A DNA stretch of 64,000 bases, taken from contig WFWT01000007.1 in the NCBI GenBank assembly GCA_015490995.1, positions 13,671-77,670 on the forward strand, read 5' to 3'. Source of the stretch: Anaerolineae bacterium. GTDB taxonomy: Bacteria > Chloroflexota > Anaerolineae > JAADDB01. How positions within the stretch are numbered: position 1 is the first letter of the stretch; the number at the start of each line of letters is the position of its first letter. The position numbers and the translations under genes are program-made. Below are positions 28,749-38,431 of the stretch, piece after piece. Below the pieces are notes generated by a model that had not been told where the DNA came from, did no database searches, and was given only the letters and a program-made list of their open reading frames with translations.

Positions 28749-28808
28749 CTCGTTAAGAGAGCATTCGGACGTGATGACGTTCCCGCTTTCGCCCCCTATT
28801 GTGCTCGT

Positions 28809-29483
28809 TCATCGACGTGAAGGACGCCGGCGACGTTGTGCCCGTCGTCGACGCCTCAGCGGGGGAGGTTCATCCGGGTCCAGGTGCAGGGCCTGAAACA
28901 GCGCGCGGTATTCCGCGCTTGAAAGATCACGCCACTCCCCAGGAGATAGGTCACCCAAGACCAAGGGGCCAATGGCCACGCGAATGAGGCGCAAGGTGGG
29001 ATGTCCCACGGCCGCCGTCATCCGACGCACCTGTCGCTTGCGACCTTCCCGTAATACAATGCGCAACCAGGGGGTGGGATGGTATTGCCGTACCGGCCGC
29101 GGTGGAACCGGTGGAGGGACCGGTAACAGCTCAACTTCCGCCGGCGCGGTGCGACGCCCTTTAAGCATGATCCCCTCCCGCAGGCGTTGCAGGGCTTCCT
29201 CCGAAGGGATACCTTCGACTTGCACCAGGTACGTTTTCGGCACCTTCCACCGCGGGTCGGTAACCCGGTGCAACACACGCGGGTCATCCGTCAACAACAG
29301 CAGCCCTTCACTGTCCATGTCCAGACGGCCGGCCGGGTACACGTCAGGTACCGGGATGTACTGAGCCAGGGTGGGACGTCCCTCCCGGTCCGTAAACTGC
29401 GAAAGAACACCGTAGGGCTTGTGGAAAAGGATATACCGGGGCATAACGTCTATGCTTTTGGGTTTGGGCTGGATTAAGCTCAC
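28809..29483 (-). CDS. RsuA/RluE-family 23S rRNA pseudouridine synthase (no S4 domain)
   Basis: YILFHKPYGVLSQFTD...AGRLDMDSEGLLLLTDD is the catalytic Asp motif of the RsuA family. An Arg-rich C-terminal tail follows. The start could instead be the internal Met at 29444. Confidence 0.8.
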   Translation of the reverse strand: MSLIQPKPKSIDVMPRYILFHKPYGVLSQFTDREGRPTLAQYIPVPDVYPAGRLDMDSEGLLLLTDDPRVLHRVTDPRWKVPKTYLVQVEGIPSEEALQRLREGIMLKGRRTAPAEVELLPVPPPVPPRPVRQYHPTPWLRIVLREGRKRQVRRMTAAVGHPTLRLIRVAIGPLVLGDLSPGEWRDLSSAEYRALFQALHLDPDEPPPLRRRRRAQRRRRPSRR

Positions 29484-29743
29484 CCGACAGTGTTAAATCC
29501 AGGGTTTAGGGCTCGCAAATAGACTAAATTCCCCCCTTTAAAATTATACCCATGCCGTGGCCGTGCTTTAAATGGTGAGGGGCGTCTTAGAGGAGACGGA
29601 TTGCCCCCGCTGTTTAACAAAGGGGAGCGAGAAGCGGCCGCCACCGTGAGTGGGGCCCTTCTGTCCCTCTAGCGTCAGGTGGTGAATCGTTTCCGTACTT
29701 TCCCACAGTTTGCCCTGGCAAGTGTTCCAAAAGGAGGAACGTC

Positions 29744-30121
29744 ATGTGTCAGGTCGATGATACGCACTTGCCCTTGCGTTCAGGGGCTTTCTCGATGAGT
29801 GTATCTTCGCTTGGCCGGGGTACACATGCCATTTTGCAGGAAGTGATAGAGAACCTTGTTGTGGATTACCGGAAGCGCCTGGAAACTTCCGGCGTGTCGG
29901 TGCCCGTGGCCAAAGCCGCCTCCCACGCACTTGCTGCTGCCCTGCACCGGTTGGCCGTCATCTCCGATCCTCCACCGCGGATTATCACCTTCCTGCGCAA
30001 GTGGATGCGCAATCACCTGTACTCGCAGGGCGTGCCCGCTCTTGAGGTAGCACACGCGCTGGAGGTCCTGGCAGAGTGTTTCCCCATCCATGGTCAGGCC
30101 ACCGATCCCGAGGAAGCGTAA
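29744..30121 (+). CDS. Hypothetical protein (125 aa), no recognisable domain
   Basis: Strong RBS (AAAGGAGGAAcgtcATG) and a strong terminator immediately downstream support expression. Confidence 0.45.
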   Translation: MCQVDDTHLPLRSGAFSMSVSSLGRGTHAILQEVIENLVVDYRKRLETSGVSVPVAKAASHALAAALHRLAVISDPPPRIITFLRKWMRNHLYSQGVPALEVAHALEVLAECFPIHGQATDPEEA

Positions 30122-30157
30122 TCCCCCAGCCCTTGGCAGTCGAATGCAGACATTGTC

Positions 30158-30194
30158 GTGGCGGTGCCGGGCATCCGGCACCGCCACTCTTTGT
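30158..30194 (+). terminator. Rho-independent terminator (13-bp GC-rich stem GTGGCGGTGCCGG / CCGGCACCGCCAC, loop GCAT, then TCTTTGT)
   Basis: Perfect inverted repeat seen in the sequence 37 nt after the stop at 30121, followed by a T-rich tract. Confidence 0.6.
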
Positions 30195-30288
30195 AATCCG
30201 TCGGTCTTTTGGCCCTTACTCCCTCCCCACCCGTGAGGGCGTGAGGAACCCGGATTTCCCAACGTTCTCACGCTAATCAAACGTGCAG

Positions 30289-30591
30289 CTAAAAATACCG
30301 GGAGATGAACCGTCCTACGGAACGTATGCTGGTCAGACCCGCAAGGGCTAACAAGAGCCAGATACACTTGAGGAGACCCAACATCCACAGCTGGCTCTCG
30401 GTTGAGGGTGAGGAGAAGACCTCCCAAAGCCACACATTGAAGGAGTAATCGAGCTCGGCGTACTCGGTCAGGAACGTACGCAGGGCCTCCACTGTTTGCT
30501 CAAGCTCGGTAAGCGTTGCGGTGGTGGCCTCCGCCTCGCTCACGAGGAGGAACACCAGGATGAACGCCAATCCCAGCCATAAGAGCCGCAT
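30289..30591 (-). CDS. Hypothetical small membrane or secreted protein (100 aa)
   Basis: N-terminal signal or TM segment (MRLLWLGLAFILVFLLVSEAEA) and a C-terminal hydrophobic segment (LLKCIWLLLALAGL). No known domain. Confidence 0.4.
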   Translation of the reverse strand: MRLLWLGLAFILVFLLVSEAEATTATLTELEQTVEALRTFLTEYAELDYSFNVWLWEVFSSPSTESQLWMLGLLKCIWLLLALAGLTSIRSVGRFISRYF

Positions 30592-30803
30592 CGGTCTTCC
30601 CTCACCACTTGCCGACGTTCGGCATCCTCGACACGGAGTCTGTGTGGGCCTGTCATACCGGCCACCGAGACGGTCGGCTGGTGCGCGAACGTCGGGTGTG
30701 TATTACCGGTACGGTTGCGTGCGGCTCGTAGGTGGGAGGCCCGTTCACCCTATAATGTCCTCCCCGCCGCGGCTGAGGTTATCAAGAGGGGCAAATTGGC
30801 AAT

Positions 30804-31700
30804 CTACAGGGCAATGTCCGGGTTCTTCTCGTCCCCCCCAGGCCAGGGGGTTAAGCGAACGACTGAAGGATGAGGTCCGCGACGGGGAGGCAACGAACCT
30901 AAGGGCAGCCATAGGGCAAGATAGAGAGGGCCGGCTTGAGTGAGAAGGGGGTGTACCACGAGGAACCACTGACGCCCTCCCCACTCGAAGAATGCATCTG
31001 CCAGGTTAAGGTGCTCACACGCGTCCCAGAAGGCCTGAATAGTCTCTCTGTGGTCCTCAAACAGGTATTGCATCAATTCGCTCCAGTAGGGTGCCGTTCG
31101 GTACGGAAACACGGCCACCCGCAGATGGCGGGCCAGGTTTACCCGTAAGCGCTGGGGAAGCGTGGGGGTAGTACATAGCACCCGCCACAGGTTGGCGTAA
31201 AAGGGGACATCATCCGGTATCAAACGGCGTAAGTTCAAGTGAGACATGGCCTCCTCATTGGCCAGAACGACATCCCCAAAGGCATCGTGGACCCACGCCG
31301 GCATGACGATCTCATCCAGCAGCGTGTACAGAACCCGCTGGGCCTCGTTGGGGGACCAGCAGGAAGCGTACGTCTGTCTTGTGTCGAAGTGAGGGGATTG
31401 GGCCAGGAGGAAGGCCCGTTCTTCGGGGAGGAGGTGGTAGATTTCGGCCACGATGTCCAGCCAATGCATGCTCTCAGGGCGTACCTCCCCGCGTTCTGCC
31501 AGCCGGATGGTTTCCCTGGTGACGCGAGTGGAGGTATCGGGCAGGCGTTCCTGGATCAATTGGGCCAACCCATCGCGCGTGAGAGTGATGGATTCCTCCG
31601 TCGCCTGTCTTCCGCGGGAGCCGCGGCTGCGGGTTGTGTAAGGAGCGCCACCGGTAAGGCGCAGGCTTTCGAGCAAACGGCCGAGCGTCGTCCGTTTCAT
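30804..31700 (-). CDS. Putative MmyB-like transcriptional regulator (atypical HTH N-terminus plus MmyB-like ligand-binding domain)
   Basis: GGAGGGGAGG RBS before the ATG at 31700. The N-terminal segment ...RETIRLAERGEVRPESMHWLDIVAEIYHLLPEERAFLLAQS resembles the HTH-to-linker region of MmyB-family regulators (I-S-x-I-E-R-G-x-x-x-P-S ... L-x-x-x-E-R-x-x-L). The assignment is tentative. The track ORF extends upstream to 31766. Confidence 0.45.
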   Translation of the reverse strand: MKRTTLGRLLESLRLTGGAPYTTRSRGSRGRQATEESITLTRDGLAQLIQERLPDTSTRVTRETIRLAERGEVRPESMHWLDIVAEIYHLLPEERAFLLAQSPHFDTRQTYASCWSPNEAQRVLYTLLDEIVMPAWVHDAFGDVVLANEEAMSHLNLRRLIPDDVPFYANLWRVLCTTPTLPQRLRVNLARHLRVAVFPYRTAPYWSELMQYLFEDHRETIQAFWDACEHLNLADAFFEWGGRQWFLVVHPLLTQAGPLYLALWLPLGSLPPRRGPHPSVVRLTPWPGGDEKNPDIAL

Positions 31701-31775
31701 GAAGCCTCCCCTCCTGCCGATGAGATGAAGGGTGGACGTCATGACGCACACGCGCGCGACGTCCACCCTGAACGG

Positions 31776-32238
31776 TTATTTCCTTAACATCTGCTGAAGG
31801 GTCGTCTGCAGCTCGGCGAGCTCCTTTTCCGACAGGTCTAATTGCGCCAGCACGTGTTCCACAGAGCATTGATGGCGTTGACATACATCATACAACAACT
31901 TAAGCACTACCGGCCGGAATTCTCTATCGGCCAACAACCGACGAACAAGACGAAGCACCTGCTCCTCCGTAAGTGTGGCCAACACGTTGTTGCTGTCCAG
32001 GAGTGGATTGCTGGGAGAACCGTTTGCCTTGGCGTTGTCGCCCGTGGAGAACGGTGATGTGCTGTGGGATACACCAGTGGAGGTCATGGCAAAGAGCGTA
32101 GCGAGAACAGAACTTTTGATAATAATGGGGATAACCACCATAACCGGTAATATCGTCAACAATCCGAGCAACAGTAAACCCAGCAACGTCCAAGCTCCCC
32201 TGGGGCGTCGCACCGTCCCGTACACTCGCTGACGCATG
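31776..32238 (-). CDS. Hypothetical single-pass membrane protein (154 aa)
   Basis: AGGAGGTGG RBS before the ATG at 32238. It has a basic N-terminus, one TM (WTLLGLLLLGLLTILPVMVVIPIII), a Ser/Thr/Asn-rich linker and a C-terminal helical segment (LTEEQVLRLVRRLLADREFRPVVLKLLYDVCQRHQC...). Confidence 0.45.
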
Positions 32239-32344
32239 TTCCACCTCCTGTTTCGACCATTCCCAGTATATATCTCTGTCACACGGCAACACCTGGACGA
32301 GGGAGCTGCCTCCTATCCTCCCTGACCGCACTCTAATCACCCGC

Positions 32345-32608
32345 TCACTGCTCCGTTTCGCCGTACCACCCGGTTGGCCCGATGAACGGCCGAAGGAGCA
32401 CAGGATTGGAGGGGAAGGCTTTGGGAGCTGTACTGTCCCTGTGACGTTGTGCGGGGTGACGCGGATGCGGGAAAAAGGCTCGCCCGTCCTTCAGGGAGGG
32501 GACGGGCGAGCTGGGCCAGATACCCCGCACGAGCCGCGCCACAGCCGGGTGTGCCGGCATGTAGCCATACGCTTTCAACCACGCCTTAGGCTGTTTAGAA
32601 GGTGGCAT
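32345..32608 (-). CDS. Possible small hypothetical protein (87 aa), Pro-rich; weak call
   Basis: The ORF has a GGAGA-type RBS and sits on the same strand as, and upstream of, the two genes above. There is no domain and composition is the only support. Confidence 0.2.
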   Translation of the reverse strand: MPPSKQPKAWLKAYGYMPAHPAVARLVRGIWPSSPVPSLKDGRAFFPHPRHPAQRHRDSTAPKAFPSNPVLLRPFIGPTGWYGETEQ

Positions 32609-32992
32609 AACGGTCTCCTACGAGCTTCCGATGCTCTCCGGAGGCCACCTCCGTCGGGAGAGGCCACTCATTCTTTAAAGGCGCCAGCCAAGGATAATTA
32701 CCGGTTTGGAGACCAAAAATACCCCTCTTGATCGAACGTTTTTGGCAATTCGAGGATGAACTCCTCGCCACCGAGGCGGTCGTCGCGGGCATTTGGGGGC
32801 TGTGACATCCCTGTGGGGCCTGAGGACGATAAGTGGAGTAATTTTCTCCTATTTGGCGCGTCTATCCCTCAATATCAGGGTTAATACTATGGGAAGGGGT
32901 GTGTGGTGTACCGGCATGTGCTGCCCGGCAGACATGTGGGTACACCGTGGGGGCATCGCTCGTCGGGGCACCTGGCCCGGGAGGGTAGGCGT

Positions 32993-33649
32993 ATGGTTAT
33001 GGCCACTCACACGGTTCCCTGTGAGCTGGACGCGCGCCACCTCTGCTGGTTTACGTGCCCGTTTCTCCCCCTCTTCTTCCGAGGAGAGGACACACCTGTG
33101 GGCACGGGGACGTGTGAATATCGTTTTACGCGCTCTGTCCAGTTCCTGGTGCGTAGCATCAACCGCCAGGACCGGAAGCGAAGCGGTCAGCTCGATCTTC
33201 TGCAAGCCGAGATTGAGGCTCGCCGGTGGCTGGAGTACATGGCGCGGTGGGGGGTGTTGGCTCACCTGGACCTGAAGACCCTGAAAAAACGGCTGGCCCG
33301 CCACATCAAACGCACCGCGCTCGACCCGTGCCAGAGCGATGTGGACATGCATCGACTGGTGGACCGACGGGGAGATCCCGCGATACAGCTGTCTCTTCAT
33401 GAAATCGTGGAGGAGGTAAGCACCAAGTGGGCCCAGACCGTGAAGCGGTACGGCGACCTTAACCCGGAGGACCAGGACCTTGCCATATGTGCTTTCAATG
33501 AAGTGCTCATAATCCTGGTCCAAGAGAGTGTGGAGGAGAACACGTCCCCGCGCACACTGCTTCAACGTAGATTAGAAGCATTGGGCGCCAGCGCCGAAGT
33601 GCAAAAGGAGGTTATGCGGTTGTTAGACACATTCCTCGATGTGTGGTGA
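32993..33649 (+). CDS. Hypothetical protein (218 aa) with an N-terminal Cys cluster (C-x8-C-x4-C ... C)
   Basis: GGGAGGG RBS before the ATG at 32993. N-terminus ...VPCELDARHLCWFTCPFLPLFF...GTCEY..., and the rest is predicted helical. No known domain recognised. Confidence 0.4.
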   Translation: MVMATHTVPCELDARHLCWFTCPFLPLFFRGEDTPVGTGTCEYRFTRSVQFLVRSINRQDRKRSGQLDLLQAEIEARRWLEYMARWGVLAHLDLKTLKKRLARHIKRTALDPCQSDVDMHRLVDRRGDPAIQLSLHEIVEEVSTKWAQTVKRYGDLNPEDQDLAICAFNEVLIILVQESVEENTSPRTLLQRRLEALGASAEVQKEVMRLLDTFLDVW

Positions 33650-33726
33650 TGGCCATCACCACGACCGGGGATCCCTTGCCTGCCGGGCGGCGTTCGGTGA
33701 CCGGACGCCGCCCGACCTTTGTTTCC

Positions 33727-36234
33727 TCAAGGCACCCGGTATATCGCGCTGTCCCCTTGTTCCCATACCTTTTCCAGCACTCGGTCGAACACACCTTGAC
33801 GTGCCGGGGAGATGCCGTACTTCTGGCGTTCCATGGTGCCTACCACGAGGTAGGCTACGTTGTACCGACGCAGCAAGGCCAGCAATGTGTCCCCCTGAGC
33901 TTGGGTGTAGATGCGCTCAATATCCGCGGCGCGCGTGCCCGCTTGACGTTGCAGCGCGGCCCCCCGCCATTGCAGCTCATGGAAGTCCCACCCGAACAAC
34001 GTCGGCCGGCCGGTGAAGGCAGCCACCCGACCAAAGAAGGTGTATGAGCCCCCAGTGGCTTCCAATACCACATCAGAGGGTCGAGTGTTGGCCCGCACCC
34101 ACTGAATGATCGCGTAATCCTCCGGGTACGTTTGGGCCACCCAGGCTTCTCCGTCCAGCGTCGGACCCACCATCCCCAGCTGTGAGCGCGCCGGAATTGC
34201 CAGCACGGTGTACACCAGGCCCAGCGCAAGGGCGAGACCGGCCAACACCATACCCGCCGAACGGACAAAGCCCATTTGTGTGTGCCACCACCGGGCCAGC
34301 GCCCACACCCCAGCGACAGACCACAACATCCAGGCTTGGTAATAGAACTTGAAGACCGTGTTCATCCGGGTGCCAAACAGGTCTTTGATGTACACAAACT
34401 CGACCGCGTAGGTGAGCAGCAAACCGAGGACTACCAGCAACAGAGCAAACACCTCATGGGAGAGTGTCCTGCCCTCTTCGCTCCCCTCCTCGGCCGTCAG
34501 CCGAGACCACAGGTGCGCGAGGGACCACGCCAACAACGCCCCCAAGGCCAGGAAAGTCCACGGGTTTTGCACACGCCGTCGCAACACGAACCACAACAGC
34601 TCAGGCACCGAACGACCGGCCACATTTTGCTGGACCACCGGATGACTGAGTACCTGTTGCAGAAATTCCCGGCCGGGGGGAAGGAACGTGTACATCAGGA
34701 CCAAAAGCCCAACTATCACCCAGGGGATGGCCCACACCGCCAACAGCCACCGCCCGAAACGCCCTGGGTGAACTCCCCGTCCCAAGGTCAACCATAACAG
34801 CGCCAGCAGACCCAACAACGGCCCAAACATTACCAGGAACTGCGGCCAACGGGTAGGGTTAAACAGGTTGGGTAACAACCCGCTGGCTTGAGACTGGAAG
34901 CCCAGGTAAAAGGGCAGATACAGCACAAAACCCAGTATGGCCAGCACCAGCCCCTCTCGCAACGCCTCTCCCAGAGCAATGAGGGGGGAGCGTTCATTCG
35001 TGGCGACGCGCCGCACGGCCAGCACGCCCACGATCAGCGTCCAGTATATGGGAAAGTCCCACGTGTTTAGGAAGGCCAATCCGCCCAACACCAGACTGTA
35101 CAGGAGGGTCAACCCCCACGAGAAGGGCCACCGTATCTGCCATCGACCCAGGGTCAGGTGATACCTCCCTGCAGCATGGTCCTGTGCGGTGTAAAAGAGG
35201 GTCAACGCGAGGCCTATGGTCAAGAGTACAAAGGGAAGCACCAGCACGTGAGGGTGCATATCCCCCAGGATAAACGAAAACGCGGGAAACTCGTCGATGA
35301 CCTCCATGGTATTTCCCTGCAAGTCCCGGTCGTGGATTACCCGGGAGGCCTGCCACCACCAGATAAAGCGCTGGGGTACCCAGCTCGGCGGTTGGGCCGG
35401 GTCATAGGGGACGTTGATGTTTCGAATGTCCAGCCATTGCCAGAATCCTACCGGCAGCAGACGCCGCGCGTACAGCACTTCCAGGAATCCTTCCCAGTTG
35501 CCCATAAGGGTGACAACCCCTGCACCCGCTCCACCCCAACGAACCCAACGTCCCAGGTGCGTGCGCCAGCTCTCCTCGCGTGTGCGGAGCACCCATCCGC
35601 CAATTAAGCCCAGCGCGGCGACAAAGGTCAGCGCGAACCAGGAGGCAAACCCGATGTTAAACCCTACCGATGCCGGCACCTGGGCCAAGGTGATCAGACC
35701 CCCAATCAGCACGTAACCGAAGTAGTAATAACTGATGGCGTAACCGGCCAGCCATGGGTCCTGAGGCGGAAACTGACGGGAGGCAAGGACGCCGTTGATA
35801 AAGGTGATCTCCATAAACTTTTCTCCCCCCGCAGTAGCAATGTCCGGGCTCTGGGCACGCACGTATGCCCACGCCAGGAAAGCGAGAAGAAACACGGTTT
35901 CAGCCACCAAAATGGCCGGCCAGTGGGCCTGTAACCACCGCCAGAGAGGACGTTCTCCCCGCTCATTGCGCCGCAGGCCGTTTCGTCCCATCCACGCGGC
36001 CACCGCGGTCACGATGAGCAACGCGCCCAGCGCGCCCCCAAAGGTGTTGGGCAACACGCCCAAAGTGGCCCCTAACCACAGAACGTATCCCCACAGTAAC
36101 AAGCCCACGGAACGGGTCAGGGTAACCCCTCTGTCCGGCAGCACGTGTAACCACCGCCAGGTCAGGGGAAAAGCCAGCCAGCCGATCACCGCCATCCAGA
36201 ACCACCACTTCAGCAACATCCACGCGGTCGCCAT
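33727..36234 (-). CDS. Chlor_Arch_YYY (DUF2298) family large polytopic membrane protein
   Basis: 835 aa, with more than 20 predicted TM helices and the diagnostic YYY motif (AGYAISYYYFGYVLIGG). The family is restricted to Chloroflexota and archaea. Confidence 0.8.
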   Translation of the reverse strand: MATAWMLLKWWFWMAVIGWLAFPLTWRWLHVLPDRGVTLTRSVGLLLWGYVLWLGATLGVLPNTFGGALGALLIVTAVAAWMGRNGLRRNERGERPLWRWLQAHWPAILVAETVFLLAFLAWAYVRAQSPDIATAGGEKFMEITFINGVLASRQFPPQDPWLAGYAISYYYFGYVLIGGLITLAQVPASVGFNIGFASWFALTFVAALGLIGGWVLRTREESWRTHLGRWVRWGGAGAGVVTLMGNWEGFLEVLYARRLLPVGFWQWLDIRNINVPYDPAQPPSWVPQRFIWWWQASRVIHDRDLQGNTMEVIDEFPAFSFILGDMHPHVLVLPFVLLTIGLALTLFYTAQDHAAGRYHLTLGRWQIRWPFSWGLTLLYSLVLGGLAFLNTWDFPIYWTLIVGVLAVRRVATNERSPLIALGEALREGLVLAILGFVLYLPFYLGFQSQASGLLPNLFNPTRWPQFLVMFGPLLGLLALLWLTLGRGVHPGRFGRWLLAVWAIPWVIVGLLVLMYTFLPPGREFLQQVLSHPVVQQNVAGRSVPELLWFVLRRRVQNPWTFLALGALLAWSLAHLWSRLTAEEGSEEGRTLSHEVFALLLVVLGLLLTYAVEFVYIKDLFGTRMNTVFKFYYQAWMLWSVAGVWALARWWHTQMGFVRSAGMVLAGLALALGLVYTVLAIPARSQLGMVGPTLDGEAWVAQTYPEDYAIIQWVRANTRPSDVVLEATGGSYTFFGRVAAFTGRPTLFGWDFHELQWRGAALQRQAGTRAADIERIYTQAQGDTLLALLRRYNVAYLVVGTMERQKYGISPARQGVFDRVLEKVWEQGDSAIYRVP

Positions 36235-36474
36235 AGTGCCCCCCGTCTCCCATGTGCAGGCTATCGTTCAAGATTGTACGTCTTCCAGGGACTTCAGGCC
36301 AGCCTTTTCCTTACCCGGTGCGGCCGGTGCATCTTCGTGAGGGCGCGGTTTAATGGGATATCCTCCCGGAACCGGAGGGACTTTTTTGTCTATCGCTGTT
36401 TACCAAAATATGACACACTAACTCCTAAATCGGTTGCTTTTGATGATCGAACCACAGGAGGGGCTCCGCACAAT

Positions 36475-36503
36475 TTGGCAGGTATATAGCGTTTCGGTAT
36501 AAT
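36475..36503 (+). promoter_or_regulatory. Candidate promoter for fadD (TTGGCA-17nt-TATAAT)
   Basis: TTGGCA at 36475-36480, a 17-nt spacer, and a perfect TATAAT at 36498-36503; this gives a leader of about 150 nt. Confidence 0.4.
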
Positions 36504-36661
36504 GCATGCACACTTATTCGTCCCCCAAAATCAGCCATAAGCCCACTGGAGCGCGTTACAGCCTGATATCCTGCATGATCACTTCGTTCCTGTGAGCGAG
36601 GCATCAATGTCACAGGTTGGTAACACGGCACGGTGTGACCTCATCTCAGGGAGGAGGTATC

Positions 36662-38431
36662 ATGAGCACACCACAGGAGAGGCCCTGGTACGCGTTTTAT
36701 GACGAAGGCGTCCCACGCACAGTGGAGGTGCCGGATGTACCGCTGTTTCAGATGGTGGACGACGCGGCCCGGGAGTTTCCAGACAACCTGGCAGTGAAAA
36801 TGGTACTTCGCTACCTGCCCTTAGGGCTCAGCATCCACGCCAGCTTGACGTACCGCCATCTCCAGGACCACATTGACCGGTTTGCCGCGGGATTGGCCCA
36901 GCTCGGAGTCCAGAAAGGGGATCGGGTAGCCGTCATGCTTCCCAACACTCCCCAGTACGTCATCGCCTTCTTCGGCACCCTGAAAGCAGGCGGCATTCTC
37001 GTTAACGTCAACCCCACCTACACCCCACGCGAGCTGGCCCACCAGTTGAAAGATGCTGGCGCAGAGACGATAGTGATGTTGAGCAGCCTGTACGAACGGT
37101 TGCAGGCTGTGCAAGACTCGGTGCCAACCCGCCAGGCGATCATTACCGACGTCCACGACTACGTTGGTTTCCCCTTCAAAGGTCTGGTCGCCAAACGACT
37201 CCGCAAGGAGGGCTTGCTGGTGGACGTCCCCGAGGGCGAGGGGGTGTATCACTGGCGCACCGTGCTCAACATGGGGAGCCACCCCCCAACCGTGACCGTT
37301 GCCCCGGACGATGTCGCCCTGTTTCAATATACCGGTGGGACAACCGGCGTTCCCAAGGCAGCCATGCTCACCCATCGCAACCTGGTGGCCAACACGGTGC
37401 AAGTGGCCGCGTGGATGCCTACCCTCCGTCGCGGGGAACCTAGGGTCATGGGGGCCTTACCCTTCTTTCACGTCTACGGCATGACCGTGGCCCTGCTGTT
37501 GGGCATGTACATCGCCGGAACGGTGATCATGGTGCCCAACCCGAGGCCCATTGACACGGTCATGCAGGTGCTTCACCACGAACGCTGCAACCTCTTCCCC
37601 GGCGTCCCCACGATGTACACGGCCATTATCAACCATCCAGAAGTGCACAAGTACGACCTGCGCAGCATTGAAGCGTGCTTGAGCGGTGCGATGGCCCTGC
37701 CGGTGGAGGTCCAGCGCCGCTTTGAGGAAATCACCGGCGGACACCTGGTAGAAGGCTACGGTCTTACCGAGGCGTCCCCCGTTACCCACTGTAATCCTAT
37801 CTACGGCAAGCGCAAGGCGGGTTCCATCGGCATTCCTTTCCCCAGCACCGATGCCCGGATCGTGGACATGGAAACCGGTGAACCGCTCCCTCCCGGTAAC
37901 GTAGGGGAACTGTGCGTGAAAGGACCACAGGTCATGAAGGGGTACTGGAATCGCCCCGAAGAGACCACGTTGGTCCTGGACGAGGAGGGCTGGCTACACA
38001 CCGGAGACATCGCGCGCATGGACGAGGAAGGCTACTTCTACATTGTGGACCGTAAGAAGGACATCATCATCGCCAGCGGATATAACATCATTCCACGTGA
38101 GGTAGAAGAAGTCCTCTACATGCACCCCAAAGTGATGGAAGCCGCGGTGGTGGGCGTACCCGACCCCTATCGGGGAGAAACGGTTAAAGCTTATATCGTG
38201 CTGAAGGAAGGTGAGCAAGCCACGGCGGAGGAGATCATCGACTTCTGCAAGGAACACCTCGCGCCTTATAAGGTTCCCAAACTGGTGGAATTCCGCAGCG
38301 AACTGCCTAAGAGCCAAGTGGGTAAAATCCTGCGACGCGTGTTGGTGGAGGAGGAAAAGCGCAAACTGGCCGCCCAACAGGAGTCTCGAGACGCCTCTGA
38401 AGCGCCCCCTGTAGAGGCTCCCTCAGGGTAG
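36662..38431 (+). CDS. fadD: Long-chain-fatty-acid--CoA ligase (AMP-binding enzyme)
   Basis: AMP-binding motifs: LFQYTGGTTGVPKAAMLTHRN (the P-loop-like box), GYGLTEASP, and TGDIARMDEEGYFYIVDRKKDII. AGGGAGGAGG RBS. Confidence 0.88.
   Translation: MSTPQERPWYAFYDEGVPRTVEVPDVPLFQMVDDAAREFPDNLAVKMVLRYLPLGLSIHASLTYRHLQDHIDRFAAGLAQLGVQKGDRVAVMLPNTPQYVIAFFGTLKAGGILVNVNPTYTPRELAHQLKDAGAETIVMLSSLYERLQAVQDSVPTRQAIITDVHDYVGFPFKGLVAKRLRKEGLLVDVPEGEGVYHWRTVLNMGSHPPTVTVAPDDVALFQYTGGTTGVPKAAMLTHRNLVANTVQVAAWMPTLRRGEPRVMGALPFFHVYGMTVALLLGMYIAGTVIMVPNPRPIDTVMQVLHHERCNLFPGVPTMYTAIINHPEVHKYDLRSIEACLSGAMALPVEVQRRFEEITGGHLVEGYGLTEASPVTHCNPIYGKRKAGSIGIPFPSTDARIVDMETGEPLPPGNVGELCVKGPQVMKGYWNRPEETTLVLDEEGWLHTGDIARMDEEGYFYIVDRKKDIIIASGYNIIPREVEEVLYMHPKVMEAAVVGVPDPYRGETVKAYIVLKEGEQATAEEIIDFCKEHLAPYKVPKLVEFRSELPKSQVGKILRRVLVEEEKRKLAAQQESRDASEAPPVEAPSG

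Noticed and set aside
30521-30943. 140-aa plus-strand ORF
   Set aside because: It is antisense to, and overlapping, the 3' end of the MmyB-like gene and the small-peptide gene, and its translation is Arg/Gly-rich and low-complexity.
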